From assembly GCA_009698575.1 (NCBI GenBank), contig WLPX01000004.1, positions 16,160 through 80,159 on the forward strand: 64,000 nucleotides of DNA, in the 5' to 3' direction. Origin of the DNA: Actinomycetota bacterium. GTDB lineage: Bacteria; Actinomycetota; Actinomycetes; S36-B12; UBA5976. Under the pieces are notes generated by a model. It searched no databases and was not told the origin of the DNA. It worked only from the letters and a program-made list of their open reading frames with translations. The translations under genes were made by a program, and so were the position numbers. Within the stretch, counting starts at the first letter, position 1; each line of letters begins with the position of its first letter. Of this stretch, positions 39,349 to 50,971 are shown piece by piece.

Positions 39349-40557
39349 CTAATGGTCGAGAGCGACCATTATCGCTTCACGGGTATTTACCCCAGGCAAT
39401 GCGCCTATCTGTTGAACTATTTCGTTTATGTAGTGCACGCGAGATTCCATCATCGAATCAGATATGACTGCATTGGTGACTTGTACTTCTAGTTCATTAA
39501 TTTCACGCACTATATAGGCAATTTCCAGCTGCTTTTCATCTTCAATTGCCGGGCACATTAATTGATAGTTTTCGTAATCAATTAATACTGAAACAGTGGG
39601 TATTCCTAGCATCAAAGAGTCATGTGCAATCCCACTGAAATCTGTTACAACTGCGCTGTAGTTTCGAAGACTATTAGTACTTACTGTGCTGGAGTTGGGC
39701 TTTATGCCTGTTGCCTGCTTAATTTTTCCGTGAAGTTTTGGTTTAGCGCCAGGATGCAGAGCGATGTCAACTTCCCAATTATTTCGGTTAGCGATAACTA
39801 CCAATTTGGCTATCCAGGCTGTAAGTGCAATTTCTCCAGTCTTTGATTCTGAATAAGTGGGGGCGACTAAAATCTTTTTCTGTATCGGTGGACTCCAAGA
39901 TCCATTGCTTAGTTCATCAACGAGGCGATATTCGACATCATAAAGGGATTGCTTAGCGAGGATACTTCTTGTTCGTCGGTATTCAGCTTGGTTCGGCTCG
40001 TTAACTAATGCATCGAAACCAACGCTGCTTGTTGCGACCGCGGTGAAGTGCCAGAAGGACTTCGCTGTATCTAGGCGCTCCAACCCAAATACTTTGCCAA
40101 CTGGCCCGGTGGCGCCATGCCAAAGTTGGATTTTATATGAGCCCTCGAGCAATGACCTTTGCAGAAGTTGATCGTTAGTGCGCCACCAATTATGAGTGTC
40201 ATAAACACTAACTTTGGCACGAATCAGTTTGTCCCAAAGTTCTGCAGAACTAGGTACTGATTTGGAGTTAAAAACTGCCGATTGCAGTCCCTGCGATTTG
40301 GCCCAATCCAAACCTTCTTTGTCGTGTGCAAGAAATAGCAACTCATCCTCGTCAAGGACCTTGTTCAAATCCAAGGCTATTGCGCGTGCATTTCCATACG
40401 CTAAATCTGAATCAACAATTACAACTCGTCGATCTTTCGGAATCGTATTCGAGGCTTCCGCGAGCAATCTAGCTTCATCTGGATTTCTTGAAGACCGCAT
40501 AAATCGGTCGAAAACGACCATCTGAATTTTTCGAAACTCTTTACTCAGCGATCCCAT
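39349..40557 (-). CDS. CDP-glycerol/ribitol glycerophosphotransferase family protein (TagB/TagF-like)
   Basis: IQLWHG, ILVAPTY, LHP, VTDFSGIAHD..MLGIP motifs. Confidence 0.68.
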   Translation of the reverse strand: MGSLSKEFRKIQMVVFDRFMRSSRNPDEARLLAEASNTIPKDRRVVIVDSDLAYGNARAIALDLNKVLDEDELLFLAHDKEGLDWAKSQGLQSAVFNSKSVPSSAELWDKLIRAKVSVYDTHNWWRTNDQLLQRSLLEGSYKIQLWHGATGPVGKVFGLERLDTAKSFWHFTAVATSSVGFDALVNEPNQAEYRRTRSILAKQSLYDVEYRLVDELSNGSWSPPIQKKILVAPTYSESKTGEIALTAWIAKLVVIANRNNWEVDIALHPGAKPKLHGKIKQATGIKPNSSTVSTNSLRNYSAVVTDFSGIAHDSLMLGIPTVSVLIDYENYQLMCPAIEDEKQLEIAYIVREINELEVQVTNAVISDSMMESRVHYINEIVQQIGALPGVNTREAIMVALDH

Positions 40558-40626
40558 GTCCTAAGTCAATCACGGGAGCCTTGATTCACGCGATTTTGCA
40601 ATCTGGATTCCTTTGAATTAGTGAAA

Positions 40627-41700
40627 TTAGAGATTTGCCAGAGCAGCCTGGACCAGTAATTTGGCTCGTTGGTCAAATGAGTGTTCAATTCCAACTTGGC
40701 GCGCTCTTGCAGTGATTTCATCCTGTGTCCCCCAAGAACCCCTATTTGCGGGCAAACATAGTTTTGCAAGATTACTTGCATCCGTATAAACAGCAACCGA
40801 GTTACCAAATACTTCATCGATTCCAACTGCATAATCGCTAATCACTCGGCCTCCGGAGGATACGGCATCAAATAATCTATTGGACAGAAATCCATGTTTA
40901 GCCATGTCAGGCCAGTGGTCATTTAAAACGACTCCAGCAGAACGATACATGCCAGGCAATTTATCATTTTGGACAAAAGATCCTTTGATCAAATCGTTGG
41001 AAACAAATCGATCCCAACCTTTACCGTAGATTAAAGGATTTACCCCAGAGTCAACGCAGTCCTTTATGATCTTGCGATATACATTTCTAGTATTACCAAC
41101 AAACAAAATCTCATCACCGGTATCTGGTTGACTAACGTCGGGATGAAACTTCTCGGGGTTTGTTGCTTGCAGCAAAGCTCTAATTTCTACTCCCGAGCTT
41201 CTTGTCTTGTCTATAGCCCATGCGTTACTTGCCGCAAACACCAAATCAAAAGACTTGAATTCGTTTTGAGAAATTCGATCTGGATGTGAAATAACCCAAA
41301 GAATATTCAGCGCATTAGCCTGCGGCCGAATACGCTCAATGCCGCGCAAAACTAGAACTACGTCGTCATCTGCTGAGTCAGCATGGATAACATCGCTTCG
41401 AAAATCAACTCGCGCGGTATGACCGAGCTTTTTCAAAGATGCTGCGACTTCATTTGCAAAATAAAGATCTCCCCAGCCTTTGCCAGAAATTCCAGCTGGC
41501 ACCGAAGTCTTGATTGCCCATCGTAGATTGTTTGGGTCTCTAATTCGTTTTCTATTTGCAACGGCAGCATTTAGTCGCTTACGGGCTAAACGAGCTTGTG
41601 ACATACTCGTCTGAAGTTGTGCTGCCTCCATTCGAAGCTGAAGATACGCATAAGCCCCAGGCATGCCCCAGCCAATTCGAAATACCCAATCAGGAAGCAC
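40627..41700 (-). CDS. GT-B glycosyltransferase (CgeB/Glyco_trans_1_2-like)
   Basis: WAIK...WGDLYFA, LWVISHPD, LFVGNTR, VLNDHWPDM, SNRLFDAV; start uncertain (GTG 41700 or up to 41739). Confidence 0.78.
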   Translation of the reverse strand: MLPDWVFRIGWGMPGAYAYLQLRMEAAQLQTSMSQARLARKRLNAAVANRKRIRDPNNLRWAIKTSVPAGISGKGWGDLYFANEVAASLKKLGHTARVDFRSDVIHADSADDDVVLVLRGIERIRPQANALNILWVISHPDRISQNEFKSFDLVFAASNAWAIDKTRSSGVEIRALLQATNPEKFHPDVSQPDTGDEILFVGNTRNVYRKIIKDCVDSGVNPLIYGKGWDRFVSNDLIKGSFVQNDKLPGMYRSAGVVLNDHWPDMAKHGFLSNRLFDAVSSGGRVISDYAVGIDEVFGNSVAVYTDASNLAKLCLPANRGSWGTQDEITARARQVGIEHSFDQRAKLLVQAALANL

Positions 41701-42547
41701 TGAAGGCCCCTGCTTCGAAGGCATCGGAAAGTGCATCATCCCAGTTTCGGATCGGCTTCATCCCGACTAACGCCCACTTGTCGTGAGAAAGAACTGAATA
41801 GGCAGGCCTTGGTGCTGGGCGCACGAAAGCATCTGAAGTTGTAGGAAGCACCCGATTTGGATCAGCACCAATTTCCTTAAAAATTCTCTTAGCGAATTCA
41901 AACCAACTAGTTTGGCCCGATGCTGTTGCGTGATAGATGCCTGCTGGAACATTTAATTCAATCATCTTCAAAACTTGCTCGACTAGGTCAGCTGTCCAAG
42001 TTGGCTGTCCCAACTGATCATCGACAACGGAAACAGTGGCTTTTGATTTCTCTAGAGACTGCATTGTCTTTACAAAATTTGGTCCATGTTCTCCGTATAG
42101 CCAGGCAGTTCGAACTATGAAATGTGACTCTGGAAGTTCCGCTTTGACCGCAATTTCGCCAGCAAGTTTGGTTCTGCCGTATGCAGACTTCGGTCCGGTC
42201 GAATCATCCACTTGGTAAGGCTGGTCAGCATTCCCGGAAAAAACGTAATCAGTAGAAATTTGCACCATACGTGCTCCAATTTCACTACAAATAATCGCGA
42301 CATTTTTTGGACCTACTCCATTTATCGCGTGAGCAGTTTCCTCATTTTCTTCGGCTTCATCTACTGCGGTCCACGCCGCGCAATTAACAACCACATCAAA
42401 ATCCACAAGAATCTTTCGAACAGAATTCAGGTTCGTGATATCAAACTCATCTCGATCAAAACCTTCAGCATTCGGAAGGGCCTTAATAAAGTCCTGCCCC
42501 AGCATTCCTGCAGAACCAAGAATCGCCCACTTCAAATTTGAACTCAC
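41690..42547 (-). CDS. rmlD: dTDP-4-dehydrorhamnose reductase
   Basis: GSAGMLG, NCAAWTAVD, ISTDYVF, YGRTK, VDDQLGQPT, APRPAYS. Confidence 0.96.
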   Translation of the reverse strand: MSSNLKWAILGSAGMLGQDFIKALPNAEGFDRDEFDITNLNSVRKILVDFDVVVNCAAWTAVDEAEENEETAHAINGVGPKNVAIICSEIGARMVQISTDYVFSGNADQPYQVDDSTGPKSAYGRTKLAGEIAVKAELPESHFIVRTAWLYGEHGPNFVKTMQSLEKSKATVSVVDDQLGQPTWTADLVEQVLKMIELNVPAGIYHATASGQTSWFEFAKRIFKEIGADPNRVLPTTSDAFVRPAPRPAYSVLSHDKWALVGMKPIRNWDDALSDAFEAGAFSAS

Positions 42548-43525
42548 TTAGGTGCGATTCTTTAGTGGTTCCCACCACGAACGATTGTCGCGATACCACT
42601 GAACAGTTTCGGCTAATCCTTGCTTGAAATCAACTTGCGGCGCATAGCCAAGTTCATTTGAAATCTTTGTGATATCAACGCTGTAACGAAGATCATGGCC
42701 TTTACGATCTTCGACTCGATCTACGCGATCCCAATCAGCACCACAAGCTTCTAGGAGCATGGCGGTTAATTCCTTGTTGGTTAATTCAGTTCCGCCGCCG
42801 ATGTTGTAAATCTCGCCGGCACGTCCTCCTTCTAATACTTTGTGGATGCCAGCGCAATGATCATCAACATGCAACCAATCTCGGACGTTATTGCCCTCAC
42901 CATAAAGTGGGACGTTCTTGCCATCAATCAAGTTCGAAACAAAAAGTGGAATTACTTTTTCCGGATATTGATACGACCCATAATTATTTGAACAGCGCGT
43001 GGTAACTACATTCATGTTGTGTGTCCGGCCATAAGAACGCACTAATAAATCACTGCTTGCTTTTGATGCTGAGTAAGGAGAATTAGGCAGGAGTGGGCAC
43101 TCCTCATTCCAAGAACCAGTTGGTATCGAGCCATAAACTTCATCGGTTGAAACATGAACAAATTTTCCAAGTTTGGTTGTTCGAGCTGCTTCTAGCAAGG
43201 TGTGGGTACCGACAACATTTGTCATTATGAATTCGCGCGATCCGCTAATTGAGCGATCAACATGTGATTCAGCCGCAAAGTGCACTACTGCGTCAACGGA
43301 TCCCACAAGGTCATTAACTAGGTCAGAATCAAGAATGTCCCTATGGACAAATGAAAACTTTGGATTGCTTCGAATTGGATCTAGGTTTGCTGGATTGCCG
43401 GCATATGTAAGTGCATCTAGCACGATTACATCATGCTCGGTCGAACCTGGGTAGTTGCCGTTTAGCAACTGCCGTGTGTAATTCGAACCAATGAATCCTG
43501 CACCGCCAGTGACTAAGATCTTCAA
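42548..43525 (-). CDS. rmlB: dTDP-glucose 4,6-dehydratase
   Basis: TGGAGFIGS, LTYAGN, HFAAESHVDRS, VSTDEVYG, PYSASK, SNNYG, RDWLHVDDH, DRKGHDLRY. Confidence 0.97.
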   Translation of the reverse strand: MKILVTGGAGFIGSNYTRQLLNGNYPGSTEHDVIVLDALTYAGNPANLDPIRSNPKFSFVHRDILDSDLVNDLVGSVDAVVHFAAESHVDRSISGSREFIMTNVVGTHTLLEAARTTKLGKFVHVSTDEVYGSIPTGSWNEECPLLPNSPYSASKASSDLLVRSYGRTHNMNVVTTRCSNNYGSYQYPEKVIPLFVSNLIDGKNVPLYGEGNNVRDWLHVDDHCAGIHKVLEGGRAGEIYNIGGGTELTNKELTAMLLEACGADWDRVDRVEDRKGHDLRYSVDITKISNELGYAPQVDFKQGLAETVQWYRDNRSWWEPLKNRT

Positions 43526-43583
43526 CAGCTTTGCCCTTCCTAGGTTTTCCTAGTCTATCCGAGCCTCCGATAGACTTTCATTT

Positions 43584-44444
43584 ATGCGCGGAATCATATT
43601 GGCCGGCGGATCTGGAACCAGACTGCACCCAATTACAAAAGGTGTCAGCAAGCAACTGCTTCCGATTTACGACAAGCCAATGATCTACTACCCATTAAGC
43701 ATCCTGTTGATGTCAGGAATTAGAGAAGTACTTGTTATCTCAACACCTGACGATATCCAAAATTTTGAAAAGCTCCTCGGGGATGGTTCTCAGATTGGTA
43801 TTGAAATCACTTACGCGATTCAGCCAAGCCCTGATGGCCTGGCTCAAGCTTTCATCATTGGTGAAGAATTCATTGGTGACGAAAAAGTATGCCTAGTTCT
43901 TGGTGACAATATCTTTTATGGCTCCGGATTAGGTACCTCCTTAAAGGAAAACACAAATGTAACTGGCGGGCATATCTTTGCCTACCATGTCAGCAATCCA
44001 ACAGAATATGGCGTAGTTGAATTTGATTCACAGGGCAACGTAATTTCTATTGAAGAGAAACCGGCACAGCCAAAAAGTAACTATGCAGTGCCAGGCTTGT
44101 ATTTTTATGACAACGACGTTGTAGAGATAGCGAAAAAGATTAAACCAAGTGCAAGAGGTGAACTGGAAATCAGTTCCGTAAACGATGAGTATTTGAAAGC
44201 CAAGAATCTCACGGTAACTGTGCTTGATCGTGGAACGGCGTGGTTAGACACTGGCACCGTTGACTCACTAATCGCTGCAAGTGAATTTGTGCAAGTTATC
44301 GAAAAGCGCCAAGGCTTTAAAATTGGTTGCATAGAGGAGATAGCCTGGCGGCAAGGATTCATAAATGATAGGCAACTAGCTGAGATCGCAACACCACTAA
44401 TTAAGAGTGGTTACGGTACTTACCTGAGGGAGCTGCTTAGTTAG
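43584..44444 (+). CDS. rmlA: Glucose-1-phosphate thymidylyltransferase
   Basis: [56 protein letters not shown]. Confidence 0.97.
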   Translation: MRGIILAGGSGTRLHPITKGVSKQLLPIYDKPMIYYPLSILLMSGIREVLVISTPDDIQNFEKLLGDGSQIGIEITYAIQPSPDGLAQAFIIGEEFIGDEKVCLVLGDNIFYGSGLGTSLKENTNVTGGHIFAYHVSNPTEYGVVEFDSQGNVISIEEKPAQPKSNYAVPGLYFYDNDVVEIAKKIKPSARGELEISSVNDEYLKAKNLTVTVLDRGTAWLDTGTVDSLIAASEFVQVIEKRQGFKIGCIEEIAWRQGFINDRQLAEIATPLIKSGYGTYLRELLS

Positions 44445-44447
44445 CTC

Positions 44448-45509
44448 ATGGATAGTGACAATGGTGCTAGGGAAATAGACAATTACTCGAAAGAGATTTT
44501 CAAAATTGAAAATGAAAAAGAAGATTGGAAATTTCGAGCAATTAGAGCAGAGCAAAAACTAGAAATAATTTTAGACAGTCCGGCTTGGAGAATTTCCAAG
44601 CCAATACGTGTAATTAACCTGCTTTACTGGAAATTTCGCTCAGCTGAATACCGGCACAGCCAAAGCAAATTTGAAATTGTAAAAGAAGGTCCTACCGTCA
44701 TCGAGGAAGCACGAGGTCGAGTAACTATTGAATGCGAAAATTCCAAGTTAGAGGCCTCCAGAGTTGCGCTCGTAGCCCACTGGTCTATTCAACCAAATAT
44801 ATCTACCTCCTTGGAAAAACTCATTTTAGAGTTGCTAAATAATGATTACGAAGTGATTCTCATTTCAGCATGTGAGAGTCCGAACAAATTGGTATCTTCG
44901 CCTAAGCTTACGGAACGCATTACTATTATTAGAAAACCAAATCTCGGATATGACTTCGGCTCTTGGGCTTTAGGTAATGAATATTTAAAGAACTTTTCCG
45001 GCGTACGAGAAGTAATTTTGGTAAATGACTCATGTGCAGGTCCATTTGGAAAATTGGGCGAGACGCTGAGTCGGTTGTCGGATGCACCATTCGATGTCAC
45101 TGGAATAACGGATTCCCTACAGTTCAGATTTCACCTTCAAAGCTACTTTATTCATTTCAAAAATGGATCTTTTTATAATCACGGTATTCAAGATTTCTTA
45201 AGAGATGTTCGAATCCAGCCATCAAAGAATTCAGTGATAGCCGCGTACGAACTGGGCTTGTCCGCAATAGCGATGGAAAATGGATTTTTAGTGGGTGCAC
45301 TTTATCCATGGAATATAGTTTCTCAGTATTGGAAAAACCCAAGTGTTACTGGCTGGAAGAACTTACTAGAATTAGGGCACCCATTTATAAAGCGTGAAGT
45401 CGTTAGGAAGCTAAAAGTCACGCAAAAGAAAGAGCTTATCGCATTTTTGGCAAATCATTTTTCGATTTCAGATTCTGAAATTGAACTTTTGCTTGAATCA
45501 CCTAATTGA
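44448..45509 (+). CDS. Rhamnan synthesis F (RgpF-like) protein
   Basis: NLGYDFGSW, LVNDS, HLQSYF, YELGLS, PFIKR; N-terminal coiled coil plus SPAWRISKPIR. Confidence 0.72.
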   Translation: MDSDNGAREIDNYSKEIFKIENEKEDWKFRAIRAEQKLEIILDSPAWRISKPIRVINLLYWKFRSAEYRHSQSKFEIVKEGPTVIEEARGRVTIECENSKLEASRVALVAHWSIQPNISTSLEKLILELLNNDYEVILISACESPNKLVSSPKLTERITIIRKPNLGYDFGSWALGNEYLKNFSGVREVILVNDSCAGPFGKLGETLSRLSDAPFDVTGITDSLQFRFHLQSYFIHFKNGSFYNHGIQDFLRDVRIQPSKNSVIAAYELGLSAIAMENGFLVGALYPWNIVSQYWKNPSVTGWKNLLELGHPFIKREVVRKLKVTQKKELIAFLANHFSISDSEIELLLESPN

Positions 45510-45641
45510 AAATCAATTGCTAAACAAGGTTTGTAAAACATCATAAATTTTCGCTAGCTTCAATGATTTGATTTCCCGCATGAGATTTGATTTTCATCCA
45601 ATGCTTTGGAAAAGTGGAAGCAGAATAGGATCAAGTTCTTC

Positions 45642-46790
45642 TCATCCTTCCAAATTGCCAATTGATACTTCAACTGGGATCAATCCAGAATTACTTGCTG
45701 AACGTGGTATCGCTATAAATCCCACAGATTCATTGACGGCAACCAAAGAATCGTCACTAGTGTTCATTAACCGTAGTGCGAGTCTATATTCACCCTCACC
45801 TAGGACGAGGTTACGTAACGTAATAGTTCCAGAATGAGATTGGGCTATGGAATGAATCAATAATTTCTGAACACTGTTAACAATTCGATATCCATCAGAT
45901 GTCCAAATTTCAACATTTAATGACAATTCAAGCGATTCTTGAATTGCATTGAATGCAAAATCGATATTGACATCGGCTGACACTTTATGCTGCAACGTAT
46001 TGCTGCTGTCGGAATTTACGATTTTACCTGTTATTGGAGAAACGGTGTTTGAATTTGTTATCGCGGATTCATTTACAATTTGATGGTATTTTCCAGCAGC
46101 AACCTCTGTTGGGCCAGCATAAACGACTTGTCCATGTTTTAGAAGTACGGATTCCTGGGTAAAGGCAATTGCATTATCCATACTGTGCGTTACTAATACG
46201 ATGCTTCTACCTTCGGACTGCAAAACTCTAACTTTTTTAAGGCATTGGTTTTGAAAGGCTTCATCGCCGACGGCAAGGACTTCGTCAACCAGCAATAAAT
46301 CCGGATCGACGTGAACCGCCACTGCAAAACCTAATCTGACATACATTCCACTGCTATAGGTCTTTACTGGCGAATCGATAAATTGACTGATGCCGCTGAA
46401 GTCAACAATATCGTCAAAAATCGTATTGATTGATTTTTTGCTAAGTCCCAGAATTGAGCCATTGAGATATATGTTTTCGCGCCCAGTTAGCTCCGGGTGG
46501 AAACCAGCACCTAGTTCCAGGAGAGCTCCTAGCCTGCCTTTTCTATACACATTGCCAGTAGTCGGTCTATAAATTCCACCGACAACTTTTAGTAAAGTCG
46601 ATTTCCCAGAACCGTTTGCTCCAAGTAGCGCAAGGCTCTTGCCCGCCTCGAGATCGAAACTAACTTGCTCAAGTGCCCAAAAACTGTCAGCTTCTACTTT
46701 TGCTCTTGTAAAGCGATCTTGAATAGTCCTTGCGCGCCGATAATCAAACCTTTGCGAAACTCCTTCTACTCTCAAAATTTTATTTGGCAC
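45642..46790 (-). CDS. wzt: Polysaccharide ABC transporter ATPase Wzt with C-terminal Wzt_C domain
   Basis: GANGSGKST, ELGAGFHPELTGRENI, YSSGM, LLVDEVLAVGD, VTH; ~130-aa beta-rich C-terminal domain; start GTG 46790 or TTG 46808. Confidence 0.92.
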   Translation of the reverse strand: MPNKILRVEGVSQRFDYRRARTIQDRFTRAKVEADSFWALEQVSFDLEAGKSLALLGANGSGKSTLLKVVGGIYRPTTGNVYRKGRLGALLELGAGFHPELTGRENIYLNGSILGLSKKSINTIFDDIVDFSGISQFIDSPVKTYSSGMYVRLGFAVAVHVDPDLLLVDEVLAVGDEAFQNQCLKKVRVLQSEGRSIVLVTHSMDNAIAFTQESVLLKHGQVVYAGPTEVAAGKYHQIVNESAITNSNTVSPITGKIVNSDSSNTLQHKVSADVNIDFAFNAIQESLELSLNVEIWTSDGYRIVNSVQKLLIHSIAQSHSGTITLRNLVLGEGEYRLALRLMNTSDDSLVAVNESVGFIAIPRSASNSGLIPVEVSIGNLEG

Positions 46791-46791
46791 G

Positions 46792-47691
46792 TTAGAGTTC
46801 CCTTGCAAAATTTGGTTCTAATCGAAGGAATAGTCGGTAAGCAAAATAGAACCCAATAAGTCCAAAGATTGGCAATCCCCAGTATGTGAGAGTTCCTGTT
46901 CCAATCAAGTCACTAGCAATGCTTCCGTCTGAATAGAAACGATCGCCACCCCAAAGCAGGTCTTGGAATTCAATCACAATTGATGAAATTGGATTCAACA
47001 TATAAATCTTAAAAAATAGCTCTGATCCAAAACGTTCTTGAACTGCATTCCAAACAAAAGTCCACGAATACATAATGGGAGACAAATACAGAAATAGCAT
47101 TAATAAAACTTCAACAAGATGCTGTGTATCTCGAGCGTAAACATTTATCGCACTCAAAATCAATGCTGCGCTTAGGGCAAAAAGTATGGCAGCAAATGCA
47201 ATTGGAATAATCAGTACTACATTACTAATTGGCGGCCAAATTCCTGCGATCGCAAAACCAATAATCAAAACTGGGATCTGGACTAAGAAATTGTAGCCAC
47301 CAATAATTACTCTCGATAACGGAAGGATTTCTCTTGGAAACGAAACCTTCGTGATCAATGCCGCACTTGAAGTAATCGAAGTTGCACCGCCGGAAATACA
47401 TTCCGAAAAGAATCCCCAGACCATAAGACTTACAAAAATAAAAATTGAATAATCCTCAATTGATTTACTGGCACCCAGAAATTTTCCAATCACAACTGAA
47501 AACAGGACTAGTTGCATTAAAGGCTTAAAAACTGCCCAGGCAAATCCAAAAACGCTTCCGCGATATCGAGAGCTGATCTCACGTCTGACCAAAGCTCGAA
47601 CTACACCTCGCGCTTCCCAAACTTCGCGAACTGCAGTCCCAACATGCCGCTTCGGACCAACCACAATCCAAGGCGTTTCACTTGTAATCAA
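46792..47691 (-). CDS. wzm: Polysaccharide ABC transporter permease Wzm
   Basis: SRYRGSVFGFAW, LITKVSFPRE, YARD, YLSPIMY, NPIS, EPNFAREL. Confidence 0.93.
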   Translation of the reverse strand: MITSETPWIVVGPKRHVGTAVREVWEARGVVRALVRREISSRYRGSVFGFAWAVFKPLMQLVLFSVVIGKFLGASKSIEDYSIFIFVSLMVWGFFSECISGGATSITSSAALITKVSFPREILPLSRVIIGGYNFLVQIPVLIIGFAIAGIWPPISNVVLIIPIAFAAILFALSAALILSAINVYARDTQHLVEVLLMLFLYLSPIMYSWTFVWNAVQERFGSELFFKIYMLNPISSIVIEFQDLLWGGDRFYSDGSIASDLIGTGTLTYWGLPIFGLIGFYFAYRLFLRLEPNFAREL

Positions 47692-47758
47692 GGAAAATGC
47701 TCCGATTTCTGACGGGATGGGACATCCCTATTCTATTTATTTATTCCAGTTGGCATTT

Positions 47759-48634
47759 CTATCGGAAAACGTGGCGAAATAAGGTTGTTACGGCACCGCC
47801 AGAGCGAATCGCCTTTGGGATCAGGGTAAGCGCATGAAGCCTTGATGTAGCGTGAAAGCGTGCCGACCTAGCAGCCACGTTCCAGCCTGCCGCAGCTAAC
47901 TCATTGGATAGGCCTGAATAGAAGGCTTTTTCCTCAGTAAACCTCTCGCCGCTAATTGCCTTGAGTGATGAATCGCTTCCAGAATGACGACGGTACTGGA
48001 AAACAACTTGGCTCGAAACATACATTGGCTTACCAAGTAAAAGCATGTCTACTGCAAGACCCAAGTCCTGACAAACATTTAGATCAGATCTAAAACCAAC
48101 CTGCTGTAACAGCTTTGTATTCCAGACAATAGATGGGAAGTACATCCAATTACCGCGCATTAACGATTTTGCTACTTGCTCACCCGAGAGTAACTGATCC
48201 TCGCTGCCGTTTGGTCTGACGAATGTTTTTATACGGTCGGTTAGAGAATTTATCGTCTTGCCAGTTTCATCAATTACTTCAACACCGGTATGCAGGAAAC
48301 CGATGTCCTTGTTAGATTCAATAATCTGATTCACGTTATTAACAAAAGCTGGCAGAAGGATGTCATCGGCACCCATTATTAGGCAGAATTCAGAGGTAAC
48401 AAGTTCAATGCATTTTCTATAGTTACCATTTGCCCCAAGGTTTTTTGGATTTCGCTGGTAACTGATTCGAGAATCATTTAACGACTCAAACCAACCTGGA
48501 ATTGAATCATCTGGATACCCATCATCGACCACAATCAAGCGCCAATTGCGATCAGTTTGGGTCAGAATGCTGGCAACGGTTTGCTTTAGATAATCCACAT
48601 CACCATAGAAAGGTAAGGCTATGTCTAAAGTCAT
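47759..48634 (-). CDS. GT2 glycosyltransferase
   Basis: LPFYG, VVDDGYPD, NLGANGNY, MGADD, YFPS, QDL, YRRH. Confidence 0.85.
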   Translation of the reverse strand: MTLDIALPFYGDVDYLKQTVASILTQTDRNWRLIVVDDGYPDDSIPGWFESLNDSRISYQRNPKNLGANGNYRKCIELVTSEFCLIMGADDILLPAFVNNVNQIIESNKDIGFLHTGVEVIDETGKTINSLTDRIKTFVRPNGSEDQLLSGEQVAKSLMRGNWMYFPSIVWNTKLLQQVGFRSDLNVCQDLGLAVDMLLLGKPMYVSSQVVFQYRRHSGSDSSLKAISGERFTEEKAFYSGLSNELAAAGWNVAARSARFHATSRLHALTLIPKAIRSGGAVTTLFRHVFR

Positions 48635-48714
48635 GAATGAATTCCTATCGCTCTCCAAGTAGCCTAGAACACATAGGTAGAATTACATCGTTCCCCTGCT
48701 ATCAAAGAGGATAA

Positions 48715-49884
<1,170 letters not shown>

Positions 49885-49901
49885 GTAACACGGGGCAGAA
49901 A

Positions 49902-50708
49902 ATGATTTTAAGATTCTCTAGAAGTTTATATAGGACACTCTTGCCGAGTGACTTCCGATCTAAAATTCATAACTTTTTGATGCGAAGTTCAGGTGCCGAA
50001 TTTGAAATTGCTCAACTCAAAAACGTTATACACGAACGTGAAAATCGACTTCACGACTATGTGAAACAGGCTTTAGCAACAGCTGCTTCTGAGGCATCTC
50101 CAGTTACGTATTACACGCGCAATTCTAACGACTCCAAACTGGGTCAGAGTTTCGATACGTACGGAAGTGATAAAAATCAACGACACAGCTACGCGCAATT
50201 TTATGAAGATCAATTGGATGGTATCGAATCACCACGCATACTCGAAATAGGAATTGGTTCTTTAGGGCAATTCCCCTACGCCGGCTTGAAGCCGGGTGGG
50301 AGTTTGCAAGCCTGGCGAGAGCGATACCCAACATCGGTAATCGTCGGCGGGGACATAGATGAAGAAGCATTCGCCTCTGTTTCGGAAATCGCATTCCAAT
50401 TAGATCAAACGGATACCGACTCCCTTGATGTATTTTCCACACAAATAGCGAGCTACGGTCCTTTCGATCTAATTGTTGATGATGGCTTCCATGATCCTCA
50501 TGCAAACATCCTCACTGTTTTGAGCATGCTGCCACTCTTGGCTCCGAACGGAAGTTACGTTATTGAGGATGTTCATTCGAGTCTGATTGATTTCTGGCGC
50601 GTGGTTCTCGACGTCAGAAAAATTCACGGAACCGTTATCGACATGAGCGCTTTGCGCCCTGATACTGATGACAATGTACTTGTTCTAATTAAAGGAAAAC
50701 AGTTTTAG
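49902..50708 (+). CDS. SAM-dependent sugar O-methyltransferase (MycE/TylE-like) with N-terminal amphipathic/coiled-coil segment
   Basis: YGSDK..HSY, ILEIGIG, GGSL..W, GGDID, DQTD, IVDDGFH, YVIEDV. Confidence 0.72.
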   Translation: MILRFSRSLYRTLLPSDFRSKIHNFLMRSSGAEFEIAQLKNVIHERENRLHDYVKQALATAASEASPVTYYTRNSNDSKLGQSFDTYGSDKNQRHSYAQFYEDQLDGIESPRILEIGIGSLGQFPYAGLKPGGSLQAWRERYPTSVIVGGDIDEEAFASVSEIAFQLDQTDTDSLDVFSTQIASYGPFDLIVDDGFHDPHANILTVLSMLPLLAPNGSYVIEDVHSSLIDFWRVVLDVRKIHGTVIDMSALRPDTDDNVLVLIKGKQF

Positions 50709-50820
50709 CGCTATCTGTACTTTGTCCCTGAGTACAAACCTAGAAGACATGAGTTGCCAAGTGTGTTTATTGAGCACGAACCTAGACCTGGGATTTTGGA
50801 CTAGATTTAACTCATTGACT

Positions 50821-50893
50821 GGCCCCGTAGCTCAGGGGATAGAGCAGTGGTTTCCTAAACCATGTGTCGCATGTTCGAATCATGCCGGGGCCA
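50821..50893 (+). tRNA. tRNA-Arg(CCT)
   Basis: GGCCCCG/CGGGGCC acceptor, gtggt-TTCCTAA-accat anticodon arm, gcatg-TTCGAAT-catgc T-arm. Confidence 0.95.
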
Positions 50894-50971
50894 CTTGCGA
50901 AGGTTTAGACATTTAGATGCAAAATCCAAATTTCATTCCATCGGTATTTTCAAAATGCGTGTTAAAAATGC

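Noticed and set aside
45510-45641. Possible gene remnant after wzt (ATGA overlap)
   Set aside because: Stops occur within a few codons and no homology is recognisable.
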